A DNA stretch of 64,000 bases. Source: Octopus sinensis (Eukaryota). A program made the translations under genes and the position numbers. The notes under the pieces are model-generated. The model had not been told where the DNA came from and made no database searches. It saw nothing but the letters and a program-made list of their open reading frames with translations. This document shows, one piece after another, positions 50,065 through 62,240 of the stretch (position 1 is the stretch's first letter; the number at the start of each line of letters is the position of its first letter). The stretch spans positions 31,372,001 to 31,436,000 of the forward strand of contig NC_043008.1 of assembly GCF_006345805.1 (NCBI RefSeq). Direction: 5' to 3'.

Positions 50065-50947
50065 ATTTAGACATATTTCGATCATGAATGACCATGGGAT
50101 TACATCTCGAAAATTCCTCCCCGAGGCCCAAGTCCGGGCAAGGTTGTTTATTGATGACCAACAGTCACCCATGCACACCAGTCTCCTCTCTCCACGCCAC
50201 GGATGTTATCCAAGGATAAAGCAAAGGACGCTACGGTTTGGCACTAGTGACGCCGCAACTTGTTTCAACAGCTGAGTGAACTGGAGCAACGTGAAACAAA
50301 GTGTTTTGTTAAAAAAAAAACAACGCACCTGTGTGGGTGTTTATATATATATATATATATAAGTAAGAACGATCTAATGATCGGTGACATTGACATCGTT
50401 AATGTTCCGTAAGAACAGTTATTTACAAGCTACAGTAATGATATGGAATAGGATGGATTTCCAGAGATGTAATTATTTTGGTGAATTAGAATGACGACCC
50501 GGAAGTTATATGGAATTTCTACAATCTTGTGGGAACTATACCATCAAACAGGATGTCCAGTTTCTAGATTCGTATATGTAACGAATTTAATGTGAAAATG
50601 AGTGATTCATAACAGGCCTCTATGTTAACTGAACTATAATTAAATGGTCAGACGGAACCAGCTTTTCATTGTTTTCTGCGCGCTGATGAAATAGTTGAAA
50701 TAGTTATGATTTGCTTACTGTTTGTTTGTGAAAAATATTGTACCGATACAAGGTACCTATTGAAATGAAGCGAATCTAGTGAAATTGAAGAGTTTTGTTC
50801 GTGGATAGGATGCGGTACCGGTAAGGGTGTATCAAACATCAAACACATATCTGAGTAAAAGTTTGTATAATATCGCAGTGTAGCACGATGAAATACTCCA
50901 TCGTGTAGCAATAGGATGAATGAGAAAAAAACATCAGGATACTTGGG

Positions 50948-50995
<48 letters not shown>

Positions 50996-51516
50996 CAACA
51001 ACAATAACAATAACAATAACAACAACAACAACAACAATAATAATAATAATAATAATAATATAATAATAATAATCCTTTCCACTTAAGGCACATGGTCTGA
51101 AATTTTGTGGGAGGGGCGAGTCGATTACATCGACCCCACTGCGTAACTGGTTCTTATTTCATCGACTCCGAAAGGATGAAAGGCAAAGTCGACCTCGGCA
51201 GAGTTTGAACTCAGAACGTAGCGACGGACGAAATGCTAACGATTCTGCCAGCTCACCGCCTTAGATAATAAAGATAATAATGGTTATCATTTCTAAAATA
51301 GGCACGAGGGCCTAAAATTTGGTGGGAGGGGACTAATCGATTACATCGACTGCAGTGTTTCACTGGTATTTAATTTATCGACCCTGAAAGGATGAAAGGC
51401 AAAGTCGGCCTCGGCGAAGTTTTAACTCAGAACGTAGCGACGGGCGAAATACCGCTAAGCAGTTCGTCCAGCGTGCCATCGATTCTACCAGCTCATCGCC
51501 TTGTATAGTAATAATA

Positions 51517-51564
<48 letters not shown>

Positions 51565-52164
51565 GCAATGCACTGATGCAATATCAGTCAGTGGTTATGC
51601 CCTGATACAATTACTAGGAAGTGTATATGTCCTGATGCAATACCAAGCAGTGGCTCGCATGACTTCTGGCCTTAACTGAATGGAATTGTTAACATGTCCA
51701 TGATGTCTTGGTGTGAAAGATGGACTACAACAAATATTCTGCTCAATACCACATTTGCTTGTCTGTTGCCTCGCCTTAACCAGTTGAGCATGTTCCTAAA
51801 TACATGAAACAAAGTATATAAGGAAATCATACTCACCTATCGTTGGCAATTCTTGTTTGCTCTGGTATTTTCTGGTATATTCTGGGGAAACCATAAAATC
51901 CCCATCTACCGTCACTTCGTAATTTTTCACCCAGCTCTAAAGTAGACGACATCAGTTTTCTGAAATGATATTAAATATACGAGGGGTGTATGAAAAGTCT
52001 TGAGCCTCAAAAAAGAAAAAGTCATGGTACAAGACTTCAAGGCTCAAAGGCTTTGAAGGTTCAAAACTTTTCATACACCCTTCGTATGATGAAATAAATT
52101 AATTTGTGTATGTGTGTATAAACTATCAAATATATTACATCAAAGCCATGTATTTCAACATTGC

Positions 52165-52195
<31 letters not shown>

Positions 52196-53179
52196 TGTAT
52201 GTATGTATGTATGTATGTATGTATGTATGTATGTATGTATTTTGAAGCCTGTTACAATCTTCTCACGTAACATAATTTTTCCTTTTTTTTTCTAGTCGAG
52301 TTACAGACAGATAAGCTAAATTTCGATGTTTTACCAGAATTTTCAGGAGATATAACTCAGTTATAGGATTAGGACTAGGTAACTGTAATAAAGTTATATG
52401 GCGGTGAAAAAATAAACTTTTGCGGGCGGCTAGAATTGAGAGATCAAAAATGTAGGCGAAGTCGATTTACGATTATTTCACTCCTGAAATAATGGAAATG
52501 CTTTAGTATAAAAGCTGGTGCGTTTCTAATCACGAAGAATTAAAATAAATACAGAATAGTTAAGAATAGTTACTACCTTGCAGCCTCGTCGAATTGGATT
52601 TCAGCATCGAAGTTTACTTCTGCTACATTCCAACTAGGATGTTGTTTTTGTACATCAGCTATCGCAAGTTTTTTGTATATCCTCTTATCACCAAAGTTTC
52701 TTTCATACAAAGGACGCCAATTTTCCCAGTCAATGACTGCTGGACCCTTGAAGTTCTTTGAAGGAATTACTTTCTCCACGTCTAATTTGGTTTGTTTTAA
52801 ATGTTCCTTCAAGTTATGCAGCTGAAGATGAAACAGATTTCAATAATAAGGAGAGTGAGACATTATTTAAATAGAGATGAAAGCATTAATTTGAATGTAA
52901 AAGTTTTTCAGCCTTAGAACGAAAATTCGATTCATCTTGGAGAATATGCAAAACTGTGTTCGAAACTAACGTGAGGCTCAATGATGAGGTTGTGTGATTA
53001 AGAAGTTCACTGTTCACTTTGCAACCATGTGGCTTGGGGTTCAGTTCAACTGCGCGGCACTTTAGGCAAATGTTTTCTGTCTACTATACCCCCGGATCGA
53101 CCAAAGCATTGTGAGTGAACTTGGTAGAAGGAAACTGTGTGGAAGGCTGCCGTGTGTGTGTGTATGTATATATATATAC

Positions 53180-53235
<56 letters not shown>

Positions 53236-53627
53236 GTATGTGTGTGTGTGTGTTTGTGTGTGTGTGCGTGTGTGTGTGTGTATATGTATGTATGTATGCA
53301 TGTATGTATAGCTGATACTACGTCGCTTACGTCGACGAGAATTCCAGTTGATCCGATCAACGGTACAGCCTGCTCGTGAAATTAACGTGCAAGTGGCTGA
53401 GTACTCCACAGACAGGCGTACCCTTAAGGTTGTTTTCGTGGGGGGATTAAGCATGACTCAGAATGTGACAAGGTTGACACTTTGAAATACAGGGTTAGGA
53501 TTACTCATTTTTGACTGGAATAATGTGAAATAAAGTGTTTTGCTCAAGGACGCAACGTATCACCGGGAATTGAACTCTCGGCCTCATGATCATGAGCCAA
53601 ATACCCTAATCACTAAGCCACGTGCCT

Positions 53628-53666
<39 letters not shown>

Positions 53667-56600
53667 TATGTATATATGTGTATGTGTGTTTGTGTTTGTG
53701 TAGCTGTGTGTCTTTGTGTGTATGTGTGTTGTGTGTGTGTGTGTGTAGCTGTGTGTCTTTGTGTGTATGTGTGTTGTGTGTGTGTGTGTGTGTGGTGTGT
53801 GTGTGTGTGTGTATATGTATGTATGTATGCATGTATGTATAGCTGATACTACGTCGCTTACGTCGACGAGAATTCCAGTTGATCCGATCAACGGTACAGC
53901 CTGCTCGTGAAATTAACGTGCAAGTGGCTGAGTACTCCACAGACAGGCGTACCCTTAAGGTTGTTTTCGTGGGGGGATTAAGCATGACTCAGAATGTGAC
54001 AAGGTTGACACTTTGAAATACAGGGTTAGGATTACTCATTTTTGACTGGAATAATGTGAAATAAAGTGTTTTGCTCAAGGACGCAACGTATCACCGGGAA
54101 TTGAACTCTCGGCCTCATGATCATGAGCCAAATACCCTAATCACTAAGCCACGTGCCTTCGCACACACACACACACACCACACACACACACACACACAGA
54201 TATGTATATATGTGTATGTGTGTTTGTGTTTGTGTAGCTGTGTGTCTTTGTGTGTATGTGTGTGTGTGTGTAGCTGTGTGTCTTTGAGTTTCTGCTTCTT
54301 TCCCAACCACTTAACTGCTGTTGATTTCTTTTTATGTTCCCGGAACTTAGCGGTACGGCAAAAGATCTGATAGAATAAGTGCCAGACTTCAAATAAGTAA
54401 TGAGGTCAATTTATTCGACTGAAACCTTCAAGGTGATGCCCCAGTATGGTCCGAGTCCAATGACTGAAACAAGCAGAAGATAAAAGGTTAACACCTTATA
54501 ATCCATCGATGACAGATTTTTTTAGCGTACTTTTTGCATCATCCAATAGACTGCTTAAATAAAAAATGAAAAACGAATTGATTGTTCCATTGTTCCAGAC
54601 CATATAAACATTGTACTCTGCAGGAACTAAACTGCATCATTATGTAGGGTAACATATTGCAGAATAGTATACGAGGGGTGCTGAAAAGTTCCTAGTTTTT
54701 AGGGTGTCGCGAAAGGCATGGCTGAGAGCCCAACCTTCCCAGTTCTTTTATAGCGCTTAGAAAAACTAAAGGACCACTGCAATAAGTGTGTGAATCTGAG
54801 GGGGAAATGTGCCTAAATTCATATTTAATTGATTCCCCTGCATTTTCGTTTAGCCAAAGCGAGGAACTTTTCAGCACTCACTCGTATATAGAATTACTAG
54901 CGAACAAGTAATAGAGCGTTAATTACTCTCTTCCACAAGATCAAGAATGAAGAGATCCTATGATGGAAATCCCCATTGAGGAAAATTTGCGTTGGTTGGG
55001 TCAAGTACACAAGATGAACAACAGCAGACTCTCCAAACAAAATCCTTTACTCTCAACTATGCGCAAGAGGGAAAGAAACCATGGAAGACCTAAACTGAGA
55101 TTCAAGGATACTGCAAAAAGGAAAGGAATTGTTCAAAATAAATGGCAAACCCAAGCGAAAAAATGAACAGTATGGAGAAAGGTTATCAAGTCATACCAAA
55201 GTCATACACAGTGATAGTCACAATGACTGCAGCTAATTAATAATATAATAGTTTTTGTTATAGGCACAAGGCCTGAAATTAAAGGCAAGGGATAAGTCGA
55301 TTACATCGACCTCAGTGTTCAGGTGGTCCTTATTTTATCGAACTCCCAAAAGTATGAAAGGTAAAGTTAACCTCTGCGAAATTTGAACTCCCAATGTAAA
55401 GACGGACGAAATACCACTAAGCATTTGCTCGGTGTGCTAACGATTCTGCCAGCTCGCAACCATACATAATGATTATTAGATGGATCATCTGTTGGTCGTT
55501 TCTTTGATTTCAGTGTTGTTCCTGGTATGAAGCCATCTAGGAGCATGATACGGAAGGTTGGCGTTATTTAGCTGTCCAGTATATCAAATGGACAAACACC
55601 AAAAATCAGAGCTTTTTGGATTTGTGGAACTGTCTAAAGCAAACCTCAAACCAAGTAGATTTGGGGAGATGGATATTTAATTTCTTGCGTTCTCTAATAT
55701 TCTTCTGGTCAATTACTTTTGTGCTCCATTTAGATAATTATTATTTTTTTTCTTTTTAAAATAGATTAATTTTTTTAATAGCTCTTTCTGGCAGAACAGA
55801 ATCGTTAGCACGCCAAGCAAAATGCTTCCCGGCATGTCGTCTATCTTCACGTTCTGAGTTTAAATCACGCCTAGATCGACTTCACCTTTCATCCTTTCGG
55901 GGTTGATAAAATTAGTGGGTATTGTGTTAATCGACTTAACCCAACACCCACACCACGATATTACTAGCCTTGTGTCAAAATTTGAATCCAATATACTTGT
56001 TACATATCGTCCTACGGATCTTTTGAGGTTTGTTTTCAGAGGGGTAAAATTGAAATAAGCTGTATCTTTTAAATCTATTAAGTTGGATATTAATTTTGAT
56101 TTAAGGATTCGAATATTTATAGTTATGTTATTTAATGTTATACCTATCATTCAGGGTGTTTTTTGTTTGTTTGTTTTTGTCTTAATTTTTTCTCAGAATT
56201 GTTTCACTTGATTTGTTATGTATTTGCGTTTCTATTAAGCTTCAATTCAGCTTTCCAATTTTTTGTGCCGATGGCTGTTATTTTTGGAACAATAAATTCT
56301 TTGATCTAGTTGTGTTCTGTTGCAATGACTAATGACAAAATCAGTGTGGTAAAGATTGAGAGAAGTTAGGTACCTCGAGTAAAAAGTCTTTAGCAAAACA
56401 TTAATAAGGTATGCTGTTGTTCGGGTACTGGTCTGGTTGTATAATTAAAAAGTTTGCATCCCAAACACATAATTCTGGGTTCAGTCCCGCTAAGCGGCAC
56501 CTTGGTCAAGTGTCTTCAATTATAGCCCCAGTCCAACGAAAGCAGTGAGAAAATTTGGTAGACAGAACCTGAAAGAAACCCGTCGTGTGTGTGTGTGTGT

Positions 56601-57414
56601 GTGTGTGTGTTGCCCCCACTCGCGCCTGACGACTGGTCCACGTGACCTAGCTGTTCTGCAAGAAAAAATACGGTTTTAAAAGAAAAATATATAGTGGGGT
56701 CGATTTGTTCGGTTGAACGAGTGGTCCTAAACCACTTTTAACCTATGGATCCCTTTGATTACTATGTTATTTTGGTGGACTCCCATAGCCATTCGATGTT
56801 TCTAAACGAGTTCTATAGATTGTTCTTTCAAAATTCTTATTTTGTCTTTCACACGTTTACTTGTGTAGTTTGAGCTATGCAAAATATTAGAGAAAGAAAC
56901 CTGTTTCTTGCAAATAATACATCTAACGCAAAATTTTTTTCAGGTACCCCTAAAATACTACAGTGTATCTCCTATCTCCAATTTACTATTTCGCGCTGTG
57001 TGGACCCCCCAAATTTTATATGAACCCTAAGGGGTCATACGGACCCCGTTTGGGAACCACTGGACTAACCCTTCAAGGTGTAGTCGAGTGACTGAAACAA
57101 ATGAAAGATAAAAGTTTATTAGATACCTGTGGTATACCCCCATTTACGTGGGTTCCGTTTGGTGAGATGAAAGGATACAATCCGAGCTGTTTTTCGTAAA
57201 AGATTACCATCTTGTCACCTTGGAAATGGTCACCAGTATTTTGAATTATGTTATAATGGTCAAAATTAAACTTTATTCCGTGGTGTCTTTCACACACTTC
57301 GCTCGGTGCATTCCAGATTACGGCGAAAGCTCGGCCAAATAACTTTTCTGATAAACTGGTTCCAGGAGAGATGAAAATAACACAGAGTATCCATACAAGG
57401 TTGAGAGAAAACAT
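48607..57414 (-). CDS. HYAL: Hyaluronidase (GH56), copy B; 5 coding exons, 436 aa, predicted secreted
   Basis: Exons 57127-57414, 52577-52821, 51837-51959, 49507-49717 and 48607-49050 total 1311 nt, open frame, GT-AG junctions. Internal exon lengths (245, 123, 211) and phases are identical to copy A, with the same GH56 motifs. Confidence 0.93.
49507..49717 (-). CDS. HYAL: Hyaluronidase B coding exon 4 (absent from ORF track)
   Basis: ttttcag|ACTTGGCTGG...AAG|gttcgt; LGWLFSLSSALYPSIYLHSK...VPYVRFRYEHPEVLFTK; 211 nt. Confidence 0.92.
51837..51959 (-). CDS. HYAL: Hyaluronidase B coding exon 3 (absent from ORF track)
   Basis: catttcag|AAAACTG...GATAG|gtgagt; KLMSSTLELGEKLRSDGRWGFYGFPRIYQKIPEQTRIAND; 123 nt. 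Confidence 0.92.
51980..52084. mobile_element. Mariner-type MITE
   Basis: TIRs CGAGGGGTGTATGAAAAGT / ACTTTTCATACACCCTTCG with TA flanks. Confidence 0.8.
52577..52821 (-). CDS. HYAL: Hyaluronidase B coding exon 2 (catalytic DWE)
   Basis: tcttcag|CTGCATAAC...GCAAG|gtagta; GPAVIDWENWRPLYERNFG; 245 nt. Confidence 0.93.
53270..54286. repeat. Tandem duplication with a 531 bp period (SINE plus microsatellite flanks)
   Basis: 53311-53630 and 53842-54161 appear identical by eye. Confidence 0.9.
54672..54884 (+). mobile_element. Mariner-derived MITE
   Basis: TIRs CGAGGGGTGCTGAAAAGTTCCT / AGGAACTTTTCAGCACTCACTCG, TA flanks, internal mariner C-terminal remnant (LEKLKDHCNKCVNLRG). Confidence 0.8.
56719..57062. 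mobile_element. hAT-type MITE
   Basis: Right terminus GTTTGGGAACCACTG, degenerate left terminus AGTGGTCCTAAACC, subterminal GGACCCC repeats. Confidence 0.6.
57127..57414 (-). CDS. HYAL: Hyaluronidase B coding exon 1
   Basis: aaaatATG; MFSLNLVWILCVIFISPGTS signal peptide; WNAPSEVC, VIFY, NGGIPQ|gtatct; 288 nt. Confidence 0.92.
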
Positions 57415-57518
57415 ATTTTCAATAATTTATTCTTCCCAATCCTGTCCTTGCGTTTTCCTGCGTGAAGTCAAATGTTTCGCATGCATATATATACACATAT
57501 ATATACATACATATATAT

Positions 57519-57566
<48 letters not shown>

Positions 57567-57921
57567 ATATTTATTTATTCATGAGCATATATATATATAC
57601 ATATTATATATATACACACATACATATATGTATGTATACACTTACACATATATACACATGCACGCACACACGCACGCACACACGCACGCGCTTTATATAT
57701 GTATATACATGTATGTATGTGTGTGTGTTGTGTGTGTGTGCGTGCGTCCACGCATATATCTGTATAAATATTTGTACTGTAATGCAATACTTACAGCTGC
57801 AGCGAGATGGTGTAGACACTAAAACCAAAAGAAATCAATTCTTACATCTACTTTTTATTGGTTAATATTCATCACATCGACATGCTATCAGCGTCGGCCT
57901 GTCCAATATAAACACGCATGA

Positions 57922-57982
<61 letters not shown>

Positions 57983-58392
57983 ATGCACACATAGACTCGC
58001 ACTTATTCACGAAGACGCTACACATGGTTTTACAATTAATGAACAGGTGCGTTTCAGGAGAGACCTATTATACGTCGCTTCTTTTGTTACTTGGTGCTTG
58101 AGGTTAGCAATTAAATTTCTGCTGAGGCAAACGGAAATATTTAAACAGATAGTTGATAAAAACCTGTGCAACCTTGAGGCGCCATTTGCTACGGTAAATA
58201 CGTTGTCCTGTTAGTATATTCAATAAACAGGAGCATTGTATAAAAAATTAGTTTACACCTCTAGTGATTAGAACAATCATTGTCTAAATAGACTAATTCT
58301 TATCAAAACGTGCAATTGAAACAGCACTGAAGCTTAGCTTTAATTACATACATACAAGGAGTCTTTCCAGATCGACTTGCTACTTCTCCGTA

Positions 58393-58610
58393 TGAGGGGG
58401 TGCTGAAAAGTTCCTGGCTTTGGCTAAAAGAAAATACAAGAGGATCAGTTAATTATAATTTTTGTTCAGCATATCACTCTCTCAGATTCACACACTATTT
58501 GCAGTAGTCTTTCAGTTTTTCAAAGCTCTGTAAAAGAACTTAGAAGGTTGAGCCTCCAACCAGGCCTTTTGCGACACCCTTAAAGCCAGCAACTTCTCAG
58601 CACCCCCTTG
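58393..58610 (-). mobile_element. Mariner-derived MITE, same family as 54672, opposite orientation
   Basis: TIRs GAGGGGGTGCTGAAAAGTTCCTGGC / GCCAGCAACTTCTCAGCACCCCCTTG, TA flanks. Confidence 0.8.
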
Positions 58611-59429
58611 TACTGAGACATCACGGTTCCGACACTACAGACATGTGATTAGAACGTCGCAGCAAAGACTCACAAAACATATTCTTCAAGCTGAGGCAAC
58701 CGGCAGGAGACCTGAGGGTTGATCAAGAATGTAATGGTTGGATATTTTCCATAGCCTCAGTTGGTTATAATTTGGAATTCAGTCGGAAAGTCTAATGGTG
58801 GTCGCTTTTGACAGGATCCTATAGAGGAGGTGTCTGAGGACTCTACCCCCATGACCTCCCAGGAATTGCGCGGGGAGAAGTTGGATGGAAAATGAATGTG
58901 CGATAACTCCTGGCCTGTATTTTATTAGCCCTCCTCGGCGAAGCATGATCAAGCTGTCACTGTACATCTTAAATGACTAGAGATGTATACAGAATTTTTG
59001 CAAATAAAAAGAGAAAGGTATTATTACTTCAGAAATTCCTTTCTACCTTTAAAATCCTCTTTCTTAATTCATGCTGTAGGAAGTGAGGTTGGCACTGGAT
59101 GGGTGCCTCACAATTCCTTATATAGTCGTGGAAAGGAAAATAGCGGGAACAAGAACCTCCGAACAAATAACAATAACAATTTATTTCGCCTGATTAAACA
59201 ATTCATCTCTGAACATCGGTAGCCTGGACGCCTTGGTACGCGAGAAGCAGCAGGGCTGGTAGTTGGACACAAAAATACGATGGCATTTTCACAGACTCGC
59301 AACGTCGCTCGCCGTCAGAATTCCAGCGCCACGGAGCTGGTCTAAGTTGCATCCTGTCTGATCAGAAGCCGGGCCAAAGAGAGAGAATGGTGGTCAAGCC
59401 TAGCTGCAGATGATGATGATGATGATGAC

Positions 59430-59515
59430 TGCGCATGCGCATAAGCGGCTTCCGGCAGGCCTTCCGGAAGGCTCTAATTCCTGCGCGTGCGTGGATAAAA
59501 ATCCCAAAATGGCGT
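59430..59515. promoter_or_regulatory. Candidate promoter/enhancer with NRF1, ETS and YY1 motifs
   Basis: TGCGCATGCGCA at 59430-59441, CTTCCGG at 59449, palindromic GCCTTCCGGAAGGC at 59459-59472, CAAAATGGCG at 59505-59514; locally CpG-rich. Confidence 0.5.
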
Positions 59516-60182
59516 CTGGAACCAGGCGTCACTACAATACTTTTGTCTCCAGGGCTTTCTGCTCTTATAAAACTAAATCTACTTTTGCTCATAAATGTAA
59601 AAGAACTTTCATATTGGGTTTTGCATTCTATTCTACTGTATTTTAAAGAACCAATTAATTGTTTTCAGGCATGGTTGTACGATTAAGAAGCCTGCTTTGC
59701 AACCACATGGCTGCAGTTTCAGTCTCATCACGCGACATCTTGGAAGTGTCTTCTATAGCCACTGACCGGACACTATTTCTGCGAACGATTCTCGCTAAAC
59801 ACACGAGATATATTCCAGCTGGATCTAGTCGAGGAGTTACAATAACGACTACCAAACTGTTTGAAAGCAATATCTTCGTATTTTAACGCTGAGTCATTGT
59901 GATAGCGTTTCATCGCTACCAGGACAATCAAAGTTAATTCGTCTTTAAGTATAAGTTTGAATGCTGAGTGAACGAAGGAATGACAATTACATGAAATCTC
60001 CAAGCAGTTTTAAGGGACAAATCTCCGATATCCAAGTCGCTAAAAAGTGTCAGTAAAAGGGCAGTCAGGAGTCATGACCTGGATGCAGCCCTGCCTCCTT
60101 AGGGTGTAAGAAATTGCCTGAGAGATTTTCTTCTCTGAAGACTTTCTGCTGTTCAATTCTCTTCGAAGCATTCTTACCACCA

Positions 60183-60249
<67 letters not shown>

Positions 60250-60252
<3 letters not shown>

Positions 60253-61050
60253 GATGCGATGGGTAAATTGCTGCCGTTTTATTTCTATTTCACGCATGCG
60301 CATTGTTTGTTTTTGATTTTGTTGACTACACCGTATAGTAGGGTCAGTTGGGCACCATCTGTGAGAAAAACAGCATCATGACTCAATTTACTCTGTCAGA
60401 AATTTGGAAACGACATGCTGTATTGCTTGGCATTCGAACCGGAGCTCCAATACGAACATTTCAGAGTGTTTGGGTGTCAATCTGAGGTTTGTGCAATCTA
60501 AGGACATGTACCGAGAGTGATAAATCAAATATCCTGTCAACATCATGGTGTTTGGAGTGATCACTAGGGATGGCGACTTTATGCCGCCATTCATCATCCC
60601 ACACGGACACGGATTCAACATGAAGGCCTACATCAAGTGCCTGGAGGAGGTAGTGCTACCCTGGGTCAAGAGGGTGGCTGCTGGAAGACCTTATGTCTGG
60701 CAGCAGGACTCTGCACCATGACACACAAGGAGAATCCAGTCATGGTTGTCAGACAATTTCTGTGACCACATCACTCCTAACACCTGACCACCTAACTCTC
60801 CGGACTGCAAGCCCCTTGAATATTATGTGTGGGGTGCAGTTGGGCGGGAGATCAACAAAACTCCTTGTAACACCAAAGACGAACTGAAGGCAAGGATTAT
60901 GGCAGCATTCACTAACTTAAACAAGGAGACCGTCCAGAAGAGTCGCAGGAGATTCCCAACTCGTCTGGAGGCTGTGGTTGAAGCCAATGGCGATTTGATT
61001 GAATAAATTTACTCATTAGTATTTCAAAATATATTAATGTAGTTTTGGTA
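60250..61050 (+). mobile_element. Internally deleted maT/mariner transposon
   Basis: IMVFGVI, YIKCLEEVVLPW, YVWQQDSAP*H, PPNSPDCKPLEYYVWGAV, RLEAVVEANG. Confidence 0.8.
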
Positions 61051-61136
61051 AATGTATCCCCTTCTCTCTCTCTCTCACTCTGTCTGTGTGTCTGTGTGTC
61101 TGTGTGTCTGTGTGTCTGTCTGTCTGTCTCTGTCTG

Positions 61137-61212
<76 letters not shown>

Positions 61213-61461
61213 CGGGAAGGTTTACGAAAATAAACAAAAGACGAAGGTAGGTGGAGTACAAACAAACAAATGTATTAGTATGGCGCTCAGGAATAGAAAT
61301 AGAACAAGTCTTTTACGTTTCGAGCCTACGTTCTTCGACAGAAAGATACACAGGAAAAAAAAACAAGGAGAGAAACAAGGAGAGAAAAGAAATGCGTGTA
61401 TGAGCTAACGATCTATTACACACATACATACATACATACATACATACATACATACATACAT

Positions 61462-61496
<35 letters not shown>

Positions 61497-61534
61497 ACAC
61501 ACACACACACACACACACACCACACATATATATA

Positions 61535-61578
<44 letters not shown>

Positions 61579-61702
61579 ATAGAAATGGTAAGACAACAAA
61601 AGAATGAAAGAGACCTCGATATTATGTAAATAGAGGATTTCCGCCCCGACATCCGAAACTCGGAGTTTTATCATGGCTACCGAATAACATATATAGTATA
61701 TA

Positions 61703-62240
<538 letters not shown>

